Of a stretch of DNA of 64,000 nucleotides, positions 11,401-21,851 are shown one piece after another (the stretch's first letter is position 1; every line of letters starts with the position of its first letter). This stretch comes from Lama glama. Lineage: Eukaryota. The notes under the pieces were generated by a model. It saw nothing but the letters and a program-made list of their open reading frames with translations, was not told the origin of the DNA and made no database searches. The position numbers and the translations under genes were made by a program. The stretch is taken from positions 24,428,001-24,492,000 of the forward strand of contig CM052826.1 in assembly GCA_028534125.1 (NCBI GenBank), in the 5' to 3' direction.

Positions 11401-11545
11401 ACCCCGACTTCAGGGGGGAGGACCCTGAGGGCCAGGATGCTGAGACCGAGCGCTTCCTGTCCACTGGCTCCACTGGCCGCCGGGTGTCCTTCAACGAGGC
11501 AGCCCTATTTGAGCAGAGCCGGAAGGCGAGGGACAAGGGCCGCAG
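11401..11545 (+). CDS. CBARP: BARP exon 5
   Basis: Encodes DPDFRGEDPEGQDAETERFLSTGSTGRRVSFNEAALFEQSRKARDKGRR. AG and GTATGG boundaries. Confidence 0.93.
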
Positions 11546-11732
11546 GTATGGAGGCTGGGCAGTGGGGGAGCAGGCTGGCCTCCCTGGATGCCCTGCTCTC
11601 CCCTACACCTGGCAGGGTGACAGCAGTCCCAGAGAGGATGGCAGGGTGTGGGCTGGGGGCCTGGCTCCCCCTCAGTGGGGCTGCACGTTGAGGGGGCAGC
11701 CCGCTGGTGACAGGCAGGCATGCTGGGCGCAG

Positions 11733-11904
11733 GTACACCCTGACGGAGGGGGACTTTCATCACTTGAAGAACGCCCGCCTCACACACCTGCACCTGCCGC
11801 CCCTCAAGATTGTCACCATCCATGAGTGTGACTCAGGCGAGGCCAGTGCCGCCACCACACCGCACCCCGCTGCAGCCCCCAAGGCCAGCCTTGCCATATT
11901 CCAG
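11733..11904 (+). CDS. CBARP: BARP exon 6
   Basis: Encodes YTLTEGDFHHLKNARLTHLHLPPLKIVTIHECDSGEASAATTPHPAAAPKASLAIFQ. Donor CAG|GTGAGG. Confidence 0.92.
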
Positions 11905-12048
11905 GTGAGGAGGGGTTGGTGGCTGGCCCAGGGCTCCAGGCAGGACCCCACCCTCACTGCCTTCCCCGCCCTCCAGCTGGGCCCCTCATCTCAGGATGGG
12001 GGGTGGGCCGGCTGGGTACACTGTGGGTGGCAGGCCCAGCACACCCTC

Positions 12049-12189
12049 NNNNNNNNNNNNNNNNNNNNNNNNNNNNNNNNNNNNNNNNNNNNNNNNNNNN
12101 NNNNNNNNNNNNNNNNNNNNNNNNNNNNNNNNNNNNNNNNNNNNNNNNNNNNNNNNNNNNNNNNNNNNNNNNNNNNNNNNNNNNNNNNN
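12049..12189. other. Assembly gap (141 N) hiding the 5' part of CBARP exon 7
   Basis: Run of N. Coding sequence resumes immediately after it. Confidence 0.98.
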
Positions 12190-12248
12190 GCCCTGCCGAC
12201 TTCGAGATCAGCCCCTCGGCATCCAGTGACTCTGGGGAAGGCACCTCG
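12190..12248 (+). CDS. CBARP: BARP exon 7, 3' part only (5' part in gap)
   Basis: Encodes PADFEISPSASSDSGEGTS, then TCG|GTGAGG. Phase 0 matches exon 8. Confidence 0.85.
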
Positions 12249-12680
12249 GTGAGGCCCCTGTGTAGGCACCCCTGCCCCACCCCAGGAAGAATCATTCTGT
12301 GGTCCCCCACCCACCATGGCCCTCCTGGCCCCTGCACTCAGGAGGGAGAGGGGCCGCTGGTGCACGCATGCCAGGGGCAGGGTGGCAGCTGCAGGTGGGG
12401 GTGGCGGGGTTCAGGCCCCATCTCGGGCAGTGGGCCAGGAACCCCAGATGCTCACCCTCCGACCCCCTCTGTTCAGGGCTGGGAGAACAGAGCTGGCCAG
12501 TGACTGGCTGAGCCCCTGGGGAGCCTCTCAGGCAGGGTCTCAGTGGGAAGGAGGCCCCAGCCCCTGGGCTTAGCATGGCTCCTACTCCCCGAGAGTCCCT
12601 GGCTCTTCCTCAGCACAAATGCAGGGCTGTGAACCAGGCCAGGAGTCTGCGTGTCTGAAAGAATCCCTCTTTCCTCACAG

Positions 12681-12891
12681 TTGGACGTGGCTGTCAGGAG
12701 TGCCAAGCCTGGGGGCCCCGGGGTGGCAGCAGGACTGGGGGAGGCGGGCCCCGGCTCTGGGGCGGGCCCTGTTCTGCAGTTCTTCACCCGCTTGAGGCGC
12801 CACGCCAGCCTGGATGGGGCCAGCCCCTACTTCAAGGTCAAGAAGTGGAAGCTGGAGCCCAGCCAGCGGGCGTCCAGTCTGGACACAAGAG
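12681..12891 (+). CDS. CBARP: BARP exon 8
   Basis: Encodes LDVAVRSAKPGG...VLQFFTRLRRHASLDGASPYFKVKKWKLEPSQRASSLDTR. Boundaries cacag| and G|GTGAGC. Confidence 0.93.
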
Positions 12892-13103
12892 GTGAGCTGT
12901 GGCCCCTGGCAGGGAGCAAGGCCCAGAGGCTGCCGTGGAGCAGGAGACTCTGCGCCCAGGGCAGGGTCCCCGTGCCCCACCCCGCTGGCCGGCCTCACCC
13001 ACTTGCCACCAGGCATTTTGCCCGAGGTCTTAGAGCTGGTCAGGAGGAGGACCCAGGGCTGCATGCTGTTCCCCAGTAAAACGAAAGGCTTTTCGGTCCA
13101 GAA

Positions 13104-13275
13104 CACGGATTGGTGAACTTTTCCCTTGAGGCACCAGATGGTTGGTTTTGGCTTTGGGGTCAGTCCGTCTGCTGTTGCATGAAAGCAGCCCTGGATAACG
13201 TGTAAATGAGGATGGTTTGTGCCAATAAAGCTTTATTTATAACAGGTGGTGGGTCTCCAATCCTACAGACCCCTG
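13104..13275 (+). mobile_element. MER58A-like hAT-Charlie DNA transposon fragment
   Basis: Resembles the MER58 consensus (gaaagcagcc...gtaaatga...ccaataaagctttattta...acaggtgg...gaccctg). Confidence 0.6.
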
Positions 13276-14124
13276 GTCACATGGGGCACTGGATACAGGG
13301 CTTCTAAACTCTCCACCCAAGGACCGTGCGTGGGGAGTGGGCACTGACAGTGGGAACCAGCTCTGCCAAAGGGAGCTCAGTGGGGCCAGGCCACTGGGAC
13401 ACCTGCTGCCCAGTGGAGGAGGTGGCAGGTCCCGGTGCCAGGAGAGGCAGAGAGAGGGGACAGGCAGTGTTGGAGATGAGGGAAGGTGCATGGCCAGTGA
13501 CAGTGAGCCTCCTTGTCAGGGCCTGGCTCCAGCTGGCACAGGGGCAGGAGGGGTGACTTCTGGCAGAGGTGCCGCTGGCCAGGGAGGGGAGGGCCTATCC
13601 CACTGCCCTGCTGGGAGCCCAGATGGAGCCTGTGATTCCTGATGGTGATTACAGTCAAATGCAAAAGCACCCAGAACCTGTTTGCTGGGTGACTCTCATC
13701 CCTACCCCGAGGCCTTCCCAGCTAGGCCTCTTGTCATGGGAGGATCCTGGCACCTGGCCAGGGGGCCCACCGGCCAGGCTGGGGCTGGAGCTGGAGCTGG
13801 CGGAAAAGGGCTTTACCTCTCTCCCCTCAGCTGTCCCTTACTCACCCAAGCCTTCGGCCTTCTGCACTCCAGCTGGGCTGTGTCTGCCGCTGGGTATCTG
13901 TCCGGTACAAGTCCTTGCTCTGGCCACACCCATCTGCTGGGACCACTTGGGGCAATGCTGCCACCTTGGCAGCTCAGCCCACACCTGGCCTTTCTGCCCT
14001 CTGTGCCTTGGTTCCCCAGGGTGCACACTCACCTGGCCTAGGCTGGGGTCTGCTGGCTTGGGGGTGAGAGTGGGCCCAGGGCTGGGAGGGGCCCAGGCAG
14101 GCTGCCGTGCCTTCCTCTGCACAG

Positions 14125-14308
14125 GCTCCCCAAAGAGACACCACTTCCAGCGGCAGCGGGCAGCCAGCGAGAGCATGGAACAGGAGGAGGGGGATGCCCC
14201 CCAGGTGGACTTCATCCAGTACATCGCCAGCGCTGGCGACGCAGTGGCCTTCCCGCAGCCCTGCCCCTTTCTGGCCAGCCCCACCAGCCCGCCCCCCCCT
14301 CTCGGCAG
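14125..14308 (+). CDS. CBARP: BARP exon 9
   Basis: Encodes (G)SPKRHHFQRQRAASESMEQEEGDAPQVDFIQYIASAGDAVAFPQPCPFLASPTSPPPPLG(R). Donor CAG|GTATTT. Confidence 0.92.
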
Positions 14309-15244
14309 GTATTTTTCAGTAGATAGAGGTGCCAGGGGTGGACCTGTGGGCCCCTGCCCCACCCCTTCGGACAGGCGGTCGTGTCCCTCTGGCTCCACCG
14401 TCCCTCCCGGAGGCTGCCTGGCTGGGGCCACCTCTCCAGCACCGACCAGAGGGAAGCAGGGGGAGACTGGGTAAGGGTAGAGGGGTGGGCAGGGCCCCGG
14501 GTTACCAAGACAGGATGCCTGCTCAATCAGGGACGCTGTGGGTGGATGTCTGCACAGGTATTGCCACTTCCTGCTGGTGCCCACGGCCTGAAGGGCCCTG
14601 CCCGCCTGCCCATGCTCCTGAGGACTAGATGGCCCCTACTCAGAAACTTGTGACCACTTCTGCCAGCAATGCTCCCTCCCCCTGCCCAAGGGCAACTGTC
14701 CTGAAGCTCTGGGCCCATGGCAGTGGGATAGGCAACAGGATCCAGGGAGCAGGGCACTTCCCTGTCCCGGGAGTTAACACTTTTTGTTTATTCTCCTGGT
14801 TCCTTAACAAATCTACCTTGGGAGGTGAGGCTGCATACCCAGACTCACCCAGGGGGAGGGGCTGAGCTGGACTCCACTCCTCCCATCCATCCCCAGCCGC
14901 CCCTTGGTACAGTAAGTTGTTAGGAAGAAGGCATCTCCCAAGGCGAGGCTTAAGCTCTTTCTGGTCAAGGGGCCAACCACCAGCAGTGCCAGCAGATGCC
15001 TGGGTCAGATATTCCAAGAGAAGCCCCCATTCAGCAGGTGCCAGGAAGGCTCCGGGTTTACCCAAAAGGCAGTCCCTGAAAAGTAGACAGGCAGGCAGCA
15101 TTTAAAAAGTTCATCTTCCACAGGGCCTGGCCAAGCCTGTAGGGTTCCTACCCGTGCCCATCCTCTCAGACCCGGAGGCAGGGTGGCCGGGGAGGGGTCG
15201 CGGGGGCCTTCACAGCCTTCTGACAGCTGCTTCCTGGTTTGCAG

Positions 15245-16328
15245 GCTAGAAGCAGCCGACGAGGTGGGCGCTGCGGGAGGATCAAGCCCTGATTCCCCCC
15301 CAGAGCGCAGCGGCAGCGCGGGGCCTGAGCAGGAGCAGCAGCATCAAGAGTCAGACAGCGAGCGGGACGCAGGGCCAGAGCAGGCCCAGACCATCTACCG
15401 TGACATCTGGAGCCTGCGCGCCTCGCTCGAGCTGCATGCTGCCAACGCCTCGGACCACAGCAGCAGCGGCAACGACCGCGACTCGGTGCGCAGCGGCGAC
15501 AGCTCGGGTTCAGGCTCTGGAGGCACTGCACCCGCCTTCCCGCCGCCCTCGCCGCCGCCCACACCGAGGACGGCCGACAGCGAGGCGGGTGGGCCGCGCA
15601 AGCTGCTGCAGATGGACAGCGGCTACGCCAGCATTGAGGGCCGCGGCGCGGGCGAGGACGGGCTGCCCAGCGCGCCTGAGAAGCGCTCCTCCTTCACGAG
15701 AATGGGCCGTGAGTTCACGGTGAGCAGCAGCTTCGAGGGGCCCATCGAGCCCGCGGCCGAGGCGCCCTCCCGGCCCCGCAGCCCCCGTGCCTGGCCCCGC
15801 CGCGCCCCGCGCCGCGACTACAGCATTGACGAGAAGACGGACGCACTGTTCCACGAGTTCCTGCGTCACGACCCGCACTTCGACGATGCCCCGTCCGCCG
15901 CCACTCGCCACCGTGCACGCGCGCACCCGCACCCCCACGCACGCAAGCAGTGGCAGCAACGTGGCCGGCAGCACAGCGACCCTGGCGCGCGGGCCGCGCC
16001 CTCCGCCCCACCCACGGCCCCACCCGGCGCCCCCCGACCCGTGCGTGCGCCCCTGCGCCGGGGAGACAGCGTCGACTGCCCGCCCGACGGCCGCGCGGGT
16101 GACGACCCGGCGGTCCCCGCTGTCCCTGCCATCCCCGTCATCGAGGAGGAGCCCGGCGGTGGCTGCCCGGGCTCCGGCCTGTGTGCCGGACCCCCAGGGG
16201 CACTACTGGACAAGCTGGCGGCCAGCCTCGACGACAGACTCTTCCCTCCCCGCCTGGCCGAGCCCGTTGCCGTGGCTCCCGCGCTGGCTGCAGCTGCACC
16301 CACGTCCCCCGACCACAGCCCGGTCTAA
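15245..16328 (+). CDS. CBARP: BARP exon 10 (last coding exon, with CaVbeta-binding AID-like segment)
   Basis: Encodes LEAADEVG...YRDIWSLRASLELHAA...LLQMDSGYASIEG...DYSIDEKTDALFHEFLRHDPHFDD...PTSPDHSPV then TAA. Acceptor tttgcag|G. Confidence 0.94.
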
Positions 16329-17169
16329 GCCTGCGCCTCACGCCCACTTCACCTTGTTCGTCGCCGGCGGGGGCCCCCACGCCTTGGCGCCGGACGCCCC
16401 GGCGCGCATGCGCCAGGACCGAGGGCCTCGAGCGCACGCTAAGTGCCCCAGGCGCCCCGCGCCGCCCCAAAGTGCGCAGCACACGATCCCTCCAGGCACT
16501 TCACTGGGTCCCTGCGGAATCGCAAGGCCAAGAGGACCCTGGCTCGACTAGAGGGAGTGTGGTGGATTCTCATCTTCGAGCTCCTGAGGACGACGTCCAG
16601 CTTCCGCCGGCGCAGACAGCAGCGGGGTGGTGACCGGAAAAATCGCGCGCACCGCACCGCGTCTGGGGCACACAGCGGCGGGAAGCGCAGGCGCAGGGGC
16701 TGCATCCTGGAGCGGCGACGAGTTCCGACTGCGCGAGACGCATGCAGAGTGCCCCTCACAGGCCCAGTTGAGCCTCGAGAGGCGTCGGGTCTGCACGCGC
16801 CGAGGGCTCTGCGCCAGGGCGCCTGCGCCGAGGCTGCCGGGGCTGGGACAGCGGGGCGCTGAGGATCCATGTAGAGTGCGCCATCAGGACCGGGAGGCTG
16901 GCCGAGGCCGCGGCCGCCGATCTCCCAAAGCGGAAGCCGTTTACCTCACCGCGGCGTGTGCTCGCGGCAGTCCGTGTCCCCTTCGAGCAATAACCGCACC
17001 TGCCGCTGCTGCTGCCAGCCCTGAACACCTCCTCCCGCAGCCCTCCTCCCAGTGTCTGCGCCCCTGTGCTCGCCCTCTGCATGTTGAGAGGGCTGCACAC
17101 CCAGTAACCGCACCGTCCAAAGAGCTGCCAGGACTCACCAGTATTTGAGACATAAAACCCAAACGGTCA

Positions 17170-18233
17170 AGGTTTCAAGTTTCCCAAGCTTTATTTATTG
17201 CCAAAAGTTGGGGCAGCCCTCGCCAGCGGCCGGCCGAGTTGCCCCGCCCCGCCCCTCCCTTGGAAGCTTTGTGCCCTGTACTATCCAGTGATGGAGTTTC
17301 TTGTGTGGTGTTTTCTGGTTGATTATAAATATTTACTGCCTACTCTGGCTTGCTCTGGGTTTTCTCCGGGGACCCAGGAGCACAGAGGCCTTGGAGGGAA
17401 GGGGGTCAGGGCACCCCTGAACACTGCACTGTGGAGCCATGGGCCCTGGGCTGAGCAAAGGCTGGCCTGTTGTGATTTGGGGAGGCCGAGTCACCACTGA
17501 GAGCAGAGATCCAGACGGCAAAAGGCAGACACGCCTGGGAGACCCAGATCCCCATGAGACACCACCAGCAAGATCAGCAGACGCCAGCCAGCCCCACACA
17601 CTGGGGTCCCAAAACAGCCCCAGGCTCAGACTCAGATTCCCCACCTTATAGCACGTCCTGCCTCCCACAATTCCCAAACACCCCTCACAACCACAGCTCA
17701 AATCCACCTGTTTTATTTTTTCTTTTTTTTTTTAAAAAGAAAGAAACCAACCAAACAACAAAAACAAGGCAGCCGCCTAGCTCCCTTGGGCGCTGGGCAT
17801 GCACCTGGGTGGAGAGGCCTGCTCGTGATGCCCGTCCCGCTGCGGCTCTGGTTGGTTTGAACGCGTCACCAGGTGTGGGAGGCGCTAACGAGTGGCAGAG
17901 TAAAAAGGAGTTGGGGCAGGCGAGAACCAGTAGTCTCAACATAAAGTGCATGGCGAAGGCTGGCTCGGCCACATCGGGCCCTCTCCCTCCTCCCCTGGCT
18001 GGGGGAAGGGGCTCAGCACAGGATTGCAGTCAGCAGGAGGTCATGTCCACTGGCCATCACGGGAAGGCCAGACCCCAGTCCCTGCTGTCCCCCAGCCACA
18101 TCCCTCCAGGCCCCCCCAGCTTCCGGAGGGGCAGTCAGCATGAAGGGCCCGGTGGTGGCCTTCCTGGGTGGTGGGCAGCAGGCCAGCACTTGGCGGGAAG
18201 ACTGAGGACCTGGCAGGGGCTCCCGGAGATGAG
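17170..18233 (-). other. STK11: STK11 non-coding last exon (exon 10, 3'UTR)
   Basis: Acceptor TTCTGTCCTGGTCTCAG|CTCATC at 18233. Ends shortly after AATAAATAAA; 3' end approximate. Confidence 0.7.
17190..17199 (-). terminator. STK11: STK11 polyadenylation signal (overlapping double AATAAA)
   Basis: tttatttatt on + reads AATAAATAAA on -, followed by GCTTGGGAAACTTG. Confidence 0.8.
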
Positions 18234-18934
18234 CTGAGACCAGGACAGAAGGTGGGTCACTTCTGAGCCAACACACACGCTCTGCTGCCCCTGGGCCCCC
18301 TATGTAGGCTGGGGAGACTGAGGCTGGGTCACACGGTGCTGTCAGACGCCTCAGGAGCCCAGGGAGGGCTGTGCTGCCTTGAGGGCCCTCCCTGCCTGGC
18401 AGGAGCAAGCACTGCCCTGACACCACTCCCTCCAAAGCAGTTTCTACTCCCCCTGGCTGATCCTGACGCTGGCAGCTAAGTTCTTTGGGGGCCCTTTCAG
18501 GGGCAGCTCCCAGAAGAAGGGATGTGGCTGGGCAAGGTCTATGACCTGAAGCTCCCACTGCCTCTGGGGCAGTCAGGGGTGGGAGGAGGAAGCAGAGAGG
18601 GGACCAGGCAGCAACCAAGACTACAGCCTCAACCAGACCACAGCCCCTCCCGGCCCTCCCAGCCTCCCACCCTCCCTCACCAAACACCAGGAGCAGCCTG
18701 GGCTGGAGAAGGGATGAGCCCCTTGGGTTGAGGGGCCCTCTCCCCCAAGTGAGCGGCCAGTGTCCTGCTGAAAGTGCCCTCCCTCCACCTCCAACCCAGA
18801 CCCCAGTGGCAGTAAGCACAGAGTGACGGCTGCGAAGGGCAGGGCTGGCTGTGGTCAGGCACTGGCAGTGCCCACAACCTTCCCCCCACCCACTTCTGCT
18901 GGTCCCCACCGTGTCCCACCTGTGGGCAGCATCC

Positions 18935-19134
18935 TCACTGCTGCTTGCAGGCCGAGAGCCGGCGGATCTTGCTGCTGGCCGAGCAGGCCTTGCGGGCGGG
19001 GTTGGAGGTGGCACTAGCCCGGCGCTCCACCCTGGATTTGGTGCTCAGCTGGGCTGATTCTGTGCCATTCACACACAAGGCCTTGGGCAAGCCCCTGCTC
19101 TGTCCGCTCTGACTGGTCTCGTCTGGGACCTGTC
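18935..19134 (-). CDS. STK11: LKB1 exon 9b (long isoform C-terminus, CAAX box)
   Basis: Encodes (G)QVPDETSQ...[13 protein letters not shown] then TGA, with PKA/RSK site RRLS and farnesylation motif CKQQ. Donor CAG|GTGGGA lies 15 nt after the stop (exon ends 18920). Long-isoform exons total 1314 nt = 437 aa. Confidence 0.96.
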
Positions 19135-20964
19135 CTAGGAGGGAGAGAGCAAGTGTGTGCTGGTTGCGGGTCCAAGACCAACACACCTCTAGGGCCCCCA
19201 CCTGCCCAGGCCCAGGTCATTACCTCCAGCCAGTGGGGCCCGGGTTCCTCTACCACCTGGCCTACCTGACCTGCCCAGGGTCTGCCTGGAGCCCTAATCC
19301 AGGGAGAGGGGAGCTGGTCAGCCGGGGTGGGGGCCCAGCCCACGCTCACCTGCTTGTTCAGATGTGAGATGGGGCGTCTGCACTCAGGTGGGCCTGGGCT
19401 GCCCTGCTCGCCCTCTGCTGTGGGAACACAGTGAAGGACCAGGGGCCCGGGGCTCAAGCCTGGGTTCTCACCTGTGTGACAGTCAGACCTCGCCAGCCTC
19501 TGAGGAGACCCTATGTCTCTCCCACAAAGGCCCACCTCGGCTCTCCACGCTGGGCACCAACAGAGGGATTCGCATAGGGCCCATGCACTCCACCCATCCT
19601 CTCTGCAGGCCGCCAGCCCTCACAGGCATCCCGCAGGGCCATTGGCCTGGGCTGCACACCCCACATTTCGCCCCGCATTTTGAGCTCCCGCCGAGCCGTG
19701 GGGGATGGAGGGCGCTGTGCGCTCAGCCACCCTCCTCCTGCGGACATCGGCAGGAAACCGCCCTCCACTGCCTCGAGCCCCTCTCCTCCCCATGAGAGCC
19801 CCATCTCCAACAGCGTCCACTGCCTACTCCCTACTCGGTAGCCGCCAAACTTGCCAGGAGCCCACCCACCTATACACGAGAGGCATCTCAAGTCAGAACT
19901 CTGGGCACCAGGGGTGTCAGGCACCTGCTCCAGCAGGGAGGGGCCGTGCACAGATCACCCAAAGCCCAGCCCCCAGTGCAGTGACTCTAGGTAGAGGACA
20001 GCTGGTGGGCATGTGATCCCCCCACTGGCCCAGACCAACCAACACCAGCAGCAGGCCCACACCCAGCTCTGAGGTGGGCGGCAGGACCAGGGACAGCCCA
20101 GGAGGTCAAGGCAAGCAGCGGGAAGTCTGAGTAGGACCAGGGCGGGAGTGAGAGGGGTCTGAGCAGTGGACAGCCAGCTGCTGACCGGCGAGTAGGTCAG
20201 AGAGAGGCAGCGGCCTGACCTCGGGGCCAGATGTCCCATGTCTGGCATGGGGGACACCCCTGGGCCAGGGACCCGATTGGGCCCAGAGAAGCACTCTTGG
20301 ACGAGCTTCCCCCACCACCGGGAAAAGCAGCACCCGGCCTCCGGCATAGGCCTGGAGGGACAGTCAGTGCCTGGCAAGGCTCTGGGGGCCTGGCAGGCCA
20401 CACCCAGGCACCCGCGGTGGGCCCACGTGTCTCTGAGAGGCATGACACCTGGTTCCTGTTCTGTGGAGTGGACTGAGGCTCCAGGAGGCCTCAGACCCAG
20501 GACTCAACTGTGGCCAGGGTCCCAGGGCCAGGGGCACCACACACACCACATCCCAGAGCTCCAGACCCTAGGACCCCAACAGGGATATGGCTGAGCCCAA
20601 GCCAGAGAGGCACAAGCTCCAGGCTGACCCCGCCGCTGGCTGCCACAGGCACCAGAGACACGAGCCTGACACCAGGAGAGCAGGACACCAGACCCGCCCA
20701 GGGCCCGCTCCCTGGAAGCCCTGGGCCCTGCAGCGGCCCTGCTCACAGGCACTTGCTACAGTAGAAGCCTAGGACCTGGCTGGTGAGCCGCAAGAGGCAA
20801 GCACGAGCCGCACACACTCAGCGGGGCAGACCTTTATGCCAGGAGCCTGTGGAGCCAGCCCCAGGCCAGCACAGAACCGGGATGCTGTGGGGTGGGCAGC
20901 GGCCCAGCCTCCCTCAGACCCAGACAAGGTCAGCGAGGGCCCGCAGGGGTGCGGCAGTGCCATG

Positions 20965-21092
20965 CTAAGTCCCCGGCCCCGCCAGGAGCTCCGCAGTGGC
21001 CCTGGCCTCCGCCTCCTCTCCAGAAAGTTCTGAGCACTGGCTCTTCCGCGGGCCTCTCTCTCTAAGCCCTGCCTCAGATGCCGCCTCGCCAC
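20965..21092 (-). CDS. STK11: LKB1 alternative exon 9a (short isoform LKB1-S C-terminus)
   Basis: Acceptor ccttcttccccag|GT in phase with exon 8. Encodes (G)GEAASEAGLRERGPRKSQCSELSGEEAEARATAELLAGPGT then TAG, resembling the human LKB1-S tail. Gives 413 aa. Confidence 0.82.
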
Positions 21093-21379
21093 CTGGGGAA
21101 GAAGGCGGCGCATCAGGAGGGTGGCCCTGCGCCAGGAGGGCCACTGGACCCTCAGGGCCATGGGAGGGGCCTCCCCCAACTCTCATTGTGCGCTGGACAC
21201 AGGGCACACGCCCAAGCTGTGGAAGGGCACCCAGGCGGCGGTCTCTGCCCCTTGGCTTCGATGCGCCCTCAGCAGCCCCTTCAGGGAAAGGGCCAAGGTC
21301 AGGGAAATGTCAGTTCGGCGCTGGCGTGGCTGGAGGGACTCAAGGCCAGGCCTCGAAGCCGCAGCACCGCCCAACTCAC

Positions 21380-21573
21380 CGGGCACCGTGAAGTCCTGAG
21401 TGTAGATGATGTCGTCCTCAATATCGAGGAGCTCCTCGTCCACATCGTCGGCACAGCCGTGCAGGTCCTCCAGGTATGGCACCACCGTCATGCCACGCCA
21501 CCGGTCCTTGCAGTCTGCGCTGGGCGGGATGGGCACCAGCTCCTCAGCCGGCGGGTGCTTCTTCCGGAACCAG
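21380..21573 (-). CDS. STK11: LKB1 exon 8
   Basis: Encodes (S)[64 protein letters not shown]. Donor G|GTGAGT. Confidence 0.96.
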
Positions 21574-21793
21574 CTGCAGAGGCCGGCGCGTCAGGATGGC
21601 CTGGGACTCACCTAGCTGCCCATGCAGGCCCACCCCCAACTCCCAGCACAGAAAGCCACACGGGAGGGGGCAGGCAGGCTGGAGAAACCGAGCAGGCAAA
21701 GACATGCCCCTCCCTGGCTCTAGTGGGAGTTCCCACAGGCAGACCCCAAGTAGCAGCGGCGCCAGCAACAAGCTGGCCCTGCAGGGCGCTCAC

Positions 21794-21851
21794 CTGTGCT
21801 GCCTGATCTGCTGTATGGAAAACCTCTTGGCCGGCTCGTATTCCAGCATCC
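21794..21851 (-). CDS. STK11: LKB1 exon 7
   Basis: Encodes (G)MLEYEPAKRFSIQQIRQH(S). 58 nt; AG and GTGAGC boundaries. Confidence 0.96.

Noticed and set aside
12049-12248. CBARP pseudogenisation or missing exon
   Set aside because: The missing coding part coincides with an N-gap, and the flanking phases are consistent.
18920-18937. STK11 long isoform as an NMD target because of its 3'UTR intron
   Set aside because: The stop is only 15 nt upstream of the last junction, well within the ~50-nt escape distance.
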